A DNA stretch of 63,932 nt, the filler included, from Octopus bimaculoides (taxonomy: Eukaryota): assembly GCF_001194135.2 (NCBI RefSeq). It is 5 parts of 5 records of this genome, joined end to end, with 100 filler letters (N's around TTAATTAATTAA, not from the genome) between each part and the next. Parts side by side here need not be neighbours in the genome. Positions count along the whole stretch, not along the records: positions 29,425 to 59,033 come from NC_068994.1; 4 more parts are not named here. One strand, written 5' to 3'. Of this stretch, positions 35,796 to 46,377 are shown piece by piece (within the stretch, counting starts at the first letter, position 1; every line of letters starts with the position of its first letter). The notes under the pieces were generated by a model. That model was not told the DNA's origin, made no database searches, and saw nothing but the letters and a program-made list of their open reading frames with translations. The position numbers were made by a program, and so were the translations under genes.

Positions 35796-38399
35796 ATAAT
35801 TGTTCAGCTACAGGTGGCACTGCCATGTTATGTTGGCAAATAATCTCTACTCCAAAGTACTTTTGGTGAGATTTACAAATAATAATTTTCTAAGAAAGCT
35901 TGGTGTTTGAAATCAAAACCTATGAAATACTTGCACATGGCCATTTCACTTCTATATAAGATTTCACTCTCTCCAATGTGTTACACATATTTGTTGCCAT
36001 GTTTACAAAATATCTTGTTTCTTCAACCTACATTGATAAACTTTTAAGTGTTTCCAGAACATTCTGTAGACACACCATCTAATGAGGGAGCCTTTAAGCA
36101 GTTGCTTAACCTAGTAGAAATAGCTGTCAAAGCCTCACTCAAATCATACTGTATCATCTAGAAAAGAACCCATTGGATGATATTACTTACTTAAACCCTT
36201 TGCTTTCTGTGGAGCATTTGCCATCAGTGACTTCTCTCTACTGTTTTGATTCTTGGTGGTGGTGGTGGGGCTTATATGTTTCTTTTAAGGGAAGGCCTTC
36301 CTCTCCCAGGTTTTGAATTCTCATTGATGCCTCTGTAACTTTGCTTTTTTTTCTACTTAAGGGTGTTGGCCCCATTCAAACCCATTTGTATCTCTGAGCT
36401 GATGTAGTCCCTATTAGTCTAGCCTTTACCCTTTGACCTTTTCAGCACAAGTGGCCCAACTAGGAATGTGTGTTCCACTGTCACACACCTCTTGGGGCCC
36501 TTGAGGAACACAAGCTATCACATTACAACAAGGACTGGACCCTGTGGTAGATCAGATTGGATAGTCCGAGGTAAACTTTGAAAAAAATAAGACTGGATTG
36601 TCATGGTCAGAATGCCTTAGATCATAGCTCTACACAGTCTGAGCAAACCTGGGGTTAAGCAATTATTTCTTCCTTCATGATTTGTTGTCAAATTCTATTG
36701 TCGCTGTTTTCTCAGTTTAATAAAATGTCGTGGAGAATTTCCTGCTTCGTAGTTCAAGTTGTAATATTGATTCGTGCGCAATATTGATTTCTGATATTAA
36801 TGCCAAGTCACAAACTGTGTGGGAGGGCACAATCGATATCTACTACCTGACTGGTGTTATTGTATTTATTTCATTGACCCAAGGAAGCTGAAGGGACATG
36901 GTCAACCCAACCGAGAATGAACTCAGAAGATAAAGGGGGCATGCCTAAATTGTGAGTCCGAGCGTGTTCATTGCCAGAGCAGCTGTCTGGCTTCCATGCT
37001 AGTGGCCTGTAAATAGCATCAATTGAGCGGAATCGTTACCTGCGTCACCTTACTGGCACTTGTGCTGGTGGCACGTTAGAAAATCATTCGAGCAAGGTCG
37101 TTGCCAGTGCTGCTGGACTGGCTCCTGTGCAGGTGGCACGTAAATAAAAACCTTTTGAGCGAGGCCATTGCCAGTACCGTGTGACTGGCCCTCGTGCCGG
37201 TGGCACGTAAAAGCGCCCAATACACTCTCGGAGTGGTTGGTGTTAGGGAGGGCATCCAGCTGTAGAAACTCCTGCCAAATCAGATTGGAGCCTGGTGTAG
37301 CCATCTGGTTTGCCAGTCCTCAGTCAAATCGCCCAACCCATGCTAGCATGGAAAGCGGACGTTAAACAATGATGATGATGATTTTGTCCAGTCCGTTTGC
37401 TCTACCGATTCTGTGATCCCTGCTTTCTGATTCATACAGGTTAAATTGGCAACCCTCCAATTTACCATTTTCATAATTTTTATGTTTGTTTTTCCATGTT
37501 GGCATGGGTTGGAAGGGTCAGCTCCCACAGTGTCTTTCCACTTGTTACTGTCCTCTATTACTCCCTCAGCGAGGTTCTGTATCTTCTGACCACCACTTAC
37601 CTCTATGCGTTTCTGTGTTGTTTTGGTAAGTAATATTGAAGTTTGACAGTGGACTTTACCTGAATCATACTTTTTTTAAACATTGAATGGCTATGGGGGT
37701 CCATCATCATCATCATTTAACATCCACCTTGGACAGTTTGACTGGAGCTGACCAGGCTAACCAAATCCTTGTGAATCGATTTTGCAGAATGTGTGTGTGT
37801 GTGTTTTTGTGTTTATCTCCCATCACTGCTTGACAATTGATGTTGGTATATGTCCCCATAACTTAGCAACTCGGCAAAAAGAGACAGATAGAATAAGTAT
37901 CAGGCTTTAAAGTGAGTATTGGGGTTGACTTGGTTGGCTAAACTCTTCAAGGCAGTGCCCCAGCATGACCACAGTCCAATGAGTGAAACAAGTAAAAGAC
38001 ACACACACACACATCTTCTCAAGCATCTAATTATGACTTTATAATTAAATAAATTATTTCAATATGCTTTTTTTTTCGATTTCAGATAATTCTGGCTGTG
38101 GTCTAAATTGTGAAAATTTCTCCTGTGTCCAAACAAAAACCACAAAGGAAGGGCAACAGAAGCTTTAACAACAACACTAATAAAGGCAGTGAGAAAACCC
38201 TCCAAGAATTCCTGATGCATTGTGGGTTTGCTACTTGAATCCACTCCTTGCCCACCCCATTTACAGCGACTCAGCCACATTGCAGCAACATAGATTTACC
38301 CCCACCCCATCCTCAGTGTCTCGCACTGTTTGGGATGTAGTGTTATTGTTGTTGTACTAGTGGTTGTTATATAAATACATCCTAAATTTCATTGTTGGT

Positions 38400-38476
38400 T
38401 TCTTTCTGTAAAAACTACCCACCCGCACCCACTTCCGTCTTCACACCTTCCACCCCCTCCTGTCTCCAGCTCCAAA
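38400..38476 (+). promoter_or_regulatory. Pyrimidine-rich tract ending in CAG (38467-38469) just upstream of the YKT6 ATG: 3' splice site of a 5'-UTR intron, or core promoter
   Basis: ...ccttccaccccctcctgtctccAG|ctccaaaATG. An ETS-like CACTTCCG also lies in the tract. Confidence 0.4.
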
Positions 38477-38580
38477 ATGAAGGTCTACGCTCTCTCGATC
38501 CTCTACAAAGGGGAGACTAAAGCCCGTCTATTGAAGGGTAGTTATGAACTGTCATCCTTCGGCTATTTCCAGCGATCAAC
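38477..38580 (+). CDS. YKT6: Synaptobrevin homolog YKT6, coding exon 1 (longin domain start)
   Basis: ATG in aaaATGa; MKVYALSILYKGETKARLLKGSYELSSFGYFQRS parallels human MKLYSLSVLYKGE...SSFSFFQRS. 104 nt; donor GTAAGT. Confidence 0.97.
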
Positions 38581-39821
38581 GTAAGTAAACTACTTTCATA
38601 TGTTTCGTTCTAATCTCTTATCTTTTCCATAGATAGAGGTGTTGATTGTTTTGTTTTATGCGTTCAGTTTTCCCTTCTTATATTACTAATTATACGGTCA
38701 TGATGTCATACCACTATTAAGTTTAGATTTATAAAGCTTCACCAGTGCTGTGACTAATTTTTAACTTTGAAGCTAGCAGCACCAGCAGCTATGTTATTAT
38801 CTTAACTCACTCAAAATTTTGTGTGTGTGTATGTGTGTGAAAAGGTTTCAGCTAATGTTTACGTAAAGTATTGAACAACTGGTCTATGGTGTGTCTGTTC
38901 ATACATGCTGACAATATTTTATAGATTTTTTTTTTTACATACATACACACCATGCACATCTTCATACACACATTGTATATATATATGTGTGCATATATAT
39001 ATATATATATATATAAATGTGTTAAAAGCACATCCGAACATGGAGTGTAACTGGCCCACTTACGAGAACCCCTCATTCATTGGACAATAAACTTTGCTTG
39101 CAAAGACCTACTGGGGCAAATGAAATGAAAATCGCTGATGTGGCCGATGACAGTGCCACCTGATTGGTACTCGTGCCAGTGGAACATTAAAAGCACATCC
39201 GAGCGTGGTCGTTGCCAGGGCCACGGATTGGCTCCCATACCGGTGGCACGTAAAAAGCACCATTTGAGCGTGATCGTTGCCAGCATTGCCTTACCGGCAC
39301 ATATATATATATATATATATATATTTGTTTTGTGCTTCATACACAGTCTCTGGGCAAGACCCCAGAACAATACCTATTGAGCAATATCTCAGTGTATTTT
39401 TGTTCAACTTATGCTAGCATGAAGCGGAGGCACATGGTCTAGTGGTTAGGGTGTTGGACTTAGGATCGTGGTTTCAATTCCTGGACTGGGTGATGCATTA
39501 TGTTCTTGAACAAAACCCTTCAAGTTTTTCCAATCCACTCAGCTGGTAAAAATATGTAATCCTGCAGCAGGTGTTCCATCCAGAGAAGAATATATACACT
39601 CGAGAGAAACCAGGAGACTGGCCCTAAGCTCTTTATGGAGTAATGTGGACTAATCAAGGTAGCTTAAAACAATGAGCATGAAAAGGAAGGAACAAATTTA
39701 TATACATATATATGAGCATTTGGGAAAGAGTATTCTGTTACCATGGTTTTCCAAGAAAGTCTTCAAGTTATTCTTTGTGTTGTCTCATTCTACCTTCATC
39801 TTCCATTTCTGTGTTGTCCAG

Positions 39822-39904
39822 TGTCAAAGAGTTTATGGAGTTCACCAGCAGAATTATAGTAGAACGTTCAAAGCCATTTTCAAGATCCTCTGTCAAAGAA
39901 CAAG
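39822..39904 (+). CDS. YKT6: YKT6 coding exon 2
   Basis: ccAG acceptor; TVKEFMEFTSRIIVERSKPFSRSSVKEQ includes conserved F42. 83 nt; donor GTAGGT. Confidence 0.97.
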
Positions 39905-40179
39905 GTAGGTGCAGTTTCTTTTGTAAGTGATATGTTCAGGGGTTGAAGAGAAGAGAAAATGGCAGGGGGCTGACAGTTTGTGTGAATATGTCCAGTGGAA
40001 AGAGGAGACAATGAATTCGAGTAGACTCTGTGTACTGTTTGTTATGTGGGAGACCTGATAGATTGTTTGTTTGGGGCAGGGGCAGAAGACATTTAGCTCA
40101 GGATGTACTTAGGCCATCAGGTGGGAATAGGTATAATGGTCCCAAGTTTCAAGCAGGTGTGCATGAGTATGTCTTATAC

Positions 40180-40373
40180 TTGTTTCAGTCATTGGACTGC
40201 GGCCATGCTGGAGTACCGCCTTTATAGTTGAATAAATCAACCCCAGAGCTTATTCTTTGTAAGCCTAGTACTTATTCTATCGGTCTCTTTTGCCGAACTG
40301 CTAAGTTACGGGGACATAAACATGCCAACATCGGTTGTCAAGCAATGCTGGGGGGGACAAACATACACACACC

Positions 40374-40413
<40 letters not shown>

Positions 40414-40530
40414 NNNNNNNNNNGGCTTCTTTCAGTTTCCGTCTACCAAATCCACTTGCCCAAGGTGCCACGCAGTGGGACTGAACCCGGAACCATGTGG
40501 TTGGTAAGCAAGCTACTTACCACACAGCCA
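40180..40530 (-). mobile_element. SINE family A in YKT6 intron 2 (further intronic copies 44480-44805, 45070-45445, 45890-46060, 47150-47290, all -)
   Basis: Family A sequence with its tRNA head on the minus strand. Confidence 0.88.
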
Positions 40531-40583
40531 TTTTTTTTTATGCCTGAAAGTTTTAAACTTATTATTTTTCTCCTTCATTTCAG

Positions 40584-40684
40584 ATTACCTCTGCCATGTC
40601 TACCTACGAGGTGATTCGTTAGCCTGTGTTATGATAGCAGACCATGAATATCCACAGAGGGTGGCTCACACATTGCTCTCTAAA
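40584..40684 (+). CDS. YKT6: YKT6 coding exon 3
   Basis: ttttcAG-type acceptor; DYLCHVYLRGDSLACVMIADHEYPQRVAHTLLSK. 101 nt; donor GTAAGA. Confidence 0.97.
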
Positions 40685-41044
40685 GTAAGAACGTTTTTCT
40701 ATAGTTCTCTCTCTCTCTCTCATTCTTTCTCTAACTGAAGAAATCTGTCAAGGAAATAGGCATGGCAGCTGAAACTAGCTCAGGATGGCTATTGTTGATA
40801 AGAGATTGCAAGTGGAACCCTTCCATTACTGAAGACTAGCTCAGTCCTCACTCCCTGTCTCTGGTGAAGTATACAGGCTAAGGGGTGAAACGCTTGTGAG
40901 CTCAAGATACTGGCCGATGACATGAAAAGGTTTCCAACAAGGCGAAGGATTTAGAAGAGCTTGCTAAACACCTCTGAGTAGCTCCTGCAGTTTCTATGTG
41001 GAGCAAAGCATCTCTGATGTTTATTTCTCTTATATATGTATATA

Positions 41045-41380
41045 TATCATCATCATCATCGTTTAACGTCTGCTTTCCATGCTAGCATGGGTTGGACGAT
41101 TTGACTGAGGACTGGTGAAACCAGATGGCTGCACACCAGGTTCCAATCTGATCTGGCAGAGTTTCTACAGCTGGACGCCCTTCCTAACGCCAACCACTCC
41201 GAGAGTGTAGTGAGTGCTTTTTACATGCCACTGGCACGAGGGCCAGTCACACGGTACTGGCTACGGCCACGCTCAAAAAGCTGTTTTTTTTTACATGCCA
41301 CCTGCACAGGAGCCAGTCCAGCGGCACTGGCAACGACCTCGCTTGAATGATTTTCTAACGTGCCACCAGCACAAGTGCTA
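41045..41380 (-). mobile_element. SINE family B in YKT6 intron 3 (further intronic copies 47830-48010, 48225-48375, 51140-51330, all -)
   Basis: (CAT)n followed by the family B reverse strand, with internal acgtgccaccagcac sub-repeats. Confidence 0.88.
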
Positions 41381-42689
41381 GAGGCAGAGGGATATATATT
41401 ATCCAGGCGGATATCGTGGTGGCTCTCAGTTAAATTCCATTTTCCGGCTAACCACTATGATCAGTATTCAACATCTGTGACGGCTATTAGTTGTCAGTCA
41501 CTCTGTGAATTCTTCCAATGGGTACTTCTGTGTTCGCTTTGCTGGATGGTGATATCGCCTGGAGTATATATTAATAATAATTACATGGCATATGGAGACT
41601 TGTTCATCCACAAAATTTAGTTTCTCTTCTTTTACAATTTTATACAGCATATTAATAGTATGCTGTTTAAAATTGTAAAATAAGAGAAAATAAATTTTTG
41701 AGGATGAACAAGTCTCCATACTCTATATAATTATTATTTCTATATACACAGGGTGTCCCAAAAGTCACTGATGGGTTTCAATTTTTAGCTTTAGAAATAA
41801 ATGCATGAAATTTTTATACCATATAAAAGTCATTAAGGAAATTAATTACTTAACCTTTTCCCTCTCATTTCAGATTTTATCAAAATTTCATACGTTTATT
41901 TGTCGAAAGACACCTGTTGTTAATCTCCTGTTATTTGTTTTGTGTACCATTTCTCTTTTATTTTTTTTTTCTGTCCTTGTTTTCGTATACATTTACTGCT
42001 TTCTTCCAAGGAATCTAATGCTCTTAGCTTAGTTTTTCCTTGGGGCTGGCCAGATTGGAGCAGTCTCAAGTATAACCAGCCGAAATTGCAAAGATAATCT
42101 GGGACTCGTCTGAGGAAAGAAAACTCCGAATGACTCGTCCTTGTTTTCCTTGTATCGTCTGTCTGGATGTTTTGCATTCTTGTCACATTTTTCTATTTTT
42201 TGTACATATATTATTAATAAATCTCAGGGTAGCAAAAAAAAAAAAAAATTAGTCAATAGACTATATATTATTCATTTAAAATACAGTGTACATTTAAACA
42301 CATCAGAGATGCCTATAATAGGACATCTAACCCGCTAGAAAGAGCAGCCAAAACTCTACACCACAATTAGGGNNNNNNNNNNNNNNNNNNNNNNNNNNNN
42401 NNNNNNNNNNNNNNNNNNNNNNNNNNNNNNNNNNNNNNNNNNNNNNNNNNNNNNNNNNNNNNNNNNNNNNNNNNNNNNNNNNNNNNNNNNNNNNNNNNNN
42501 NNNNNNNNNNNNNNNNNNNNNNNNNNNNNNNNNNNNNNNNNNNNNNNNNNNNNNNNNNNNNNNNNNNNNNNNNNNNNNNNNNNNNNNNNNNNNNNNNNNN
42601 NNNNNNNNNNNNNNNNNNNNNNNNNNNNNNNNNNNNNNNNNNNNNNNNNNNNNNNNNNNNNNNNNNNNNNNNNNNNNNNNNNNNNNNNA

Positions 42690-42975
42690 TATATTCACCA
42701 AAATTACATAAAAATATCTTGGAATACTAAAAGATTAAATTTATTCAATAAAATCGCCATTGGCTTCAACCACGGCCTCCAGACGACTTCGGAATCTCCT
42801 GCAACTCTTCTGGATGGTCTCCTTGTTTAAGTTGGTCAATATTGCCATAATCCTTGCCTTCAGTTCATCTTTGGTGTTACCAGGAGTTTTGTTGGTCTCT
42901 CGCTCAACTGTGCCCCACACATAATAATCAAGGGGGTTGCAGTCTGGGGAGTTAGGTGGCCAATCCCAAATAATA
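42690..42975 (-). mobile_element. Tc1/mariner transposase C-terminal fragment (DD37D/maT-like) in intron 3
   Basis: WPPNSPDCNPLDYYVWG...TKDELKARI...CRRFRSRLEAVVEANGDFIE*. The SPDxNPLDY motif with D as third catalytic residue is typical of DDxD families. The right end runs into an N gap. Confidence 0.88.
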
Positions 42976-43221
42976 TTCTGTTTTGTAGATAGCAATCTGT
43001 TTATAGAGACGTGCATGTTATGCGTTGTGAGTGTGGAGCTTGGGTAAGACAGCAGTTATCTCCCTGCATGCAACACTGATAGAACATGTCAGCTGTGTGT
43101 GATAATGTGCACGTGCATCTTTGTTTGCAGGGATTATTTTGTGACCTTATTTTTTTGTTCAACTCACTACTTTCACCGTCTTATCTTCCACATACACTGA
43201 CTTTGTCTTTGATAATCTCAG

Positions 43222-43280
43222 GTTCTTGATGACTTTAAACTCGCAGTTCCGCCTGAGAAATGGCCAACCGTAGTAGAAAG
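43222..43280 (+). CDS. YKT6: YKT6 coding exon 4
   Basis: ctcAG acceptor; VLDDFKLAVPPEKWPTVVE. 59 nt; donor AG|GTAAGT. Confidence 0.93.
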
Positions 43281-43630
43281 GTAAGTTCTTCAGATCTAAA
43301 ACTCATTCCGATCTTATTTAATATTTTTGGTAATGCTATTGCCTCTGCTTACTCAGTTTACCGATTGTTTGACCATGCTCTCCAGAAAGGCAAACCAAAG
43401 GAGCCTTGATCTGCTTGAAATAGCAACCAAATCTCCCTCAAATCACTCTTTTACTTACTATAGCGCAAAAGCCATTGGTGGCTTTTCTCTGCTGTACTTG
43501 ATTCTGGGCTGCCGTTTCTGCTTTTCTTCAATTGGATCCAATGGCGTAGCTTATAGGGGAACAAGGGGACTGACAGCTCCCTTCAAGCATACTTTTCAAA
43601 ATTGGCACCTTTCCAACAGTTTTTTTTTTT

Positions 43631-43892
43631 GAATTAGTTGTATGCTGTCAACTTAATGTGACAGTCCCCTGAAGGGAATTATACTACTGTTGGTTAGACC
43701 TAGGAAGCTGCACTGCTTCCTGTTCGGCCTTGACACGTTTCCTGTGTCCTGATGTTTACAAGGGGGAGACATAAGGACACAGGAAATGTGTCAAGGCCGA
43801 CAGGAAGCAGTGCAGCTTCCTAGGTCTAACCAACAGTAGTATTATTCCCTTCAGGGGACTGTCACATTAAGTTGACAGCACACAACTATTTC
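43631..43892. repeat. Near-perfect inverted repeat: 120/119-nt arms, 23-nt spacer, in YKT6 intron 4
   Basis: 43631-43750 pairs with 43774-43892 with about 4 mismatches and 1 indel by eye. The arm sequence matches about 23573-23695. Confidence 0.95.
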
Positions 43893-44851
43893 ACCGAATC
43901 ACTTTATTTGACCCACAACTTCTGTTTTTGAACCATCTGCTCAATCTCCTGTGATGGGTTGATGGCTGCTCACACCTGAAGAACCAAAACAGACATTAGT
44001 ATCAATAACCTCTCAACACTGGATAATCCCATAGTTTTATCTTTTACATATCACACCTATTTTAGTAGTAGTAAGTTTCATACACAACGACATTGCTAAC
44101 GAAGCATGATATTAATGAATGTAGAATACAACTACGTATATTGTAACTAATGAAATATTTCGCATAACATAAGAGAAATGAGTTAAAGAATTGTTTGATA
44201 TGTGTCACGGTGCCTTTTTTTTTTTTATGTGCTTGATCCCTCTATGTTTAGAACCTATGCCTCTGGTTGGATCCCCAATTTTGTCAGTTGTGCCTCAATA
44301 CCCTACCTCTAGCTATTTTAGGGTATCTTCTCTTCAACCTTCCTTGTGTGATTTTCTTCTGGTGACCAGAAGGGGAGTTGGCCTTGCAGATTCCTTTTGG
44401 GTTCCACTGCACCCCATTTTATGTTTTCCTTAGGAATGGCCTTCCTCACTCAGGCCTTGTTGGTTTTGAATTTACTCTTTACTCTCTTTTACTTGTTTCA
44501 GTCATTTGACTGTGGCCATGCTGGAGTACTGCCTTTAGTCGAGCAAATCGACCCCAGGACTTATTCTTTGTAAGCCTAGTACTTATTCTATCAGTCTCTT
44601 TTGCTGAACCGCTAAGTTATGGGGACGTAAACACACAAACATATATGATGGGCTTCTTTCAATTTCCGTCTACCAAATCCACTCACAAGCCTTTGTTCGG
44701 TGCGAGGCTATAGTAGACGACACTTGCCCAAGGTGGCACGCAGTGGGACTGAACCCGGAACCATGTGGTCGGGAAGCAAGCTATTTACCACACAGCCACT
44801 CCTCCTTCCCTATAGCAAACATTCCTCTTACTTCTCCTTTCTGTTTTTCAG

Positions 44852-44897
44852 TGAAGTAAATTTCCCCCAGTGTGACCAGTATTTAAAACAGAGCCAG
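44852..44897 (+). CDS. YKT6: YKT6 coding exon 5
   Basis: Long pyrimidine tract then tttcAG; SEVNFPQCDQYLKQSQ. 46 nt restores frame (59+46=105); donor CAG|GTACGT. Confidence 0.92.
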
Positions 44898-45585
44898 GTA
44901 CGTAACACAACAGAATTCACTTTCAATGGTTCACCCCGTTTTAAAGGATCAGTAGCCCTCCGCATCATGTTTAGGGATACCCTCCACCTCTCATCTTTTG
45001 GATTTGATACATCACCGTCACTGCTCCAGCGTAATGGTCACTGACGAGTCATTCTCTGACCCCTGTTCTATCTTTTATCGTTGTTTCGCTCATTAGACTG
45101 TGGCCATGTTGGGGCACCGCCTGGGAGGGTTTTAGTAGAACACATCGACTGACCCGCCCTCCACCAGTATTTTTTTCTAAAGCCTGGTACTTTTATTATA
45201 TCAGTTCCCTTTTGCTGAGCCACTAGGTTTATGGAGGGATGCAAACACACCAACACTGGTTGTCGAGCTGCAGTGGAGCACATACACATACATATATATA
45301 CAATGGACTTCTTTCGGTTTCTGTCTGTCAAATCCACTCACAAGGCTTTGGGTTGGCCTGAGGCTAAAAGTAAAAGAAACATGTCCATGGTGCCACGCAG
45401 TGGGACTGAACCAGAAACCATGTGGTTAAGAAGCGAACTTTTTACCACACAACTGTGCCTGTGCCCTGAAGTTCCATTGTCTCCCACACTGCTTCTACCA
45501 AATCTAATCGCATGGAGGTCATTAATGGACTGAAAGAACATTATTTACAATTGATGGATATTTGTCCTCATCTTGTTTGTTGTTT

Positions 45586-45629
45586 ACACAACGTTTCGGC
45601 TGATATATCCTCCAGCCTTCATCAGGTGT
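45586..45629 (-). ncRNA. Minimal type I hammerhead ribozyme motif, antisense in YKT6 intron 5
   Basis: Minus strand ACAC-CTGATGA-A-GGCTG(GAGGATATAT)CAGCC-GAAA-CG-TT^GTGT: 4-bp helix I, 5-bp helix II, loopless palindromic helix III (AACGTT), GUU site. Confidence 0.78.
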
Positions 45630-45699
45630 CTTGGGGAAATTTCGAACCTGGGTTCTCATTCCTAAGGTATTTTTCGATATTATTATTATTATTAACCAC

Positions 45700-45871
45700 T
45701 CTACCATATGGCTTAGTGATTAAGAGCGCGGGCTACTAATCCCAAGATTCTGAGTTCGATTCCGGGCAGTGATCTGAATAATAATAATAATAATATCAAA
45801 AAATACCTTAGGAATGAGAACCCGGGTTTGAAATTTCCCAAGACACCTGATGAAGGCTGGAAGGTATATCA
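45700..45871 (+). mobile_element. tRNA-headed element: Pol III head + (AAT)n + hammerhead-bearing body, truncated inside helix II
   Basis: A box TGGCTTAGTGA 45709-45719, B box GTTCGATTCC 45754-45763, (AAT)n from 45777, then a body nearly identical to the reverse complement of 45603-45693, with CTGATGA at 45847-45853. Confidence 0.75.
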
Positions 45872-45885
45872 CTGCCACATATGTC

Positions 45886-45921
<36 letters not shown>

Positions 45922-46141
45922 AAATTCACCAACAAGACATTGATCAACCAAGGGCTATAATAGAAGATACTTGCCTGAGGTATTGCTCGGTAGGATTGAA
46001 CCCAAAATCACATGGCTGCAAAGCAAGCTTCTTAACCACACAGCCATGCCTGCACCTATAAAATGAGAGATCTTTGTTTATAATAAATTCCATGAGGTAA
46101 CTTTGGTTTGAGGTGATTCAATTTGGATGACCAATGTCCAG

Positions 46142-46311
46142 ATATCTCAATAATCCTATAAATCAAATTGCATCTTTAATGTTATTTTCTCTTTCTCTCT
46201 TTCATCAATTCCTCCGTGGTCGTTGGTGTTATTGCTACTGTGGCCACTGCTCTGTCCATTGCTGCTGTGGTCACTCTTGTGTTCATCACTGTCTGATGTC
46301 CATGTCAAAAG
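46142..46311 (+). promoter_or_regulatory. AG-exclusion zone with putative distant branch point and pyrimidine tract for YKT6 exon 6
   Basis: No AG dinucleotide in 46142-46309 (168 nt). TTTAAT at 46175-46180 is followed by a U/C tract (about 46184-46214). The acceptor itself is a weak caaaAG. Confidence 0.6.
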
Positions 46312-46377
46312 AATCCACAAGAATCTGATGCGATGACAAAAATTCAGAATGACTTGGATGAAACAAAAATTATTTTG
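46312..46377 (+). CDS. YKT6: YKT6 coding exon 6 (SNARE motif start)
   Basis: NPQESDAMTKIQNDLDETKIIL parallels human NPREADPMTKVQAELDETKIIL. 66 nt; donor GTGAGT. Confidence 0.96.

Noticed and set aside
42030-42150. ggctgg...ccagccGAAATTGCAA and CTGAGGA...GAAT in the dispersed family also at 21 and 22628
   Set aside because: Boxes are in the wrong order or incomplete, with no A15.1-U16.1 pair and no helix I. At most a distant ribozyme-derived relic.
45041-45064. Sense-strand CTGACGA-GTCA(TTCTC)TGAC in intron 5, and similarly CTGAAGA-AGTCA...TGACT at 57006
   Set aside because: Helix II is present but GAAA is replaced (CCCT or TAC), so neither is called a ribozyme.
45700-45776. True tRNA genes here and at other A/B-box heads (16680-16748, 31790, 39420, 54305)
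   Set aside because: No complete cloverleaf or acceptor stem; each continues into a SINE body.
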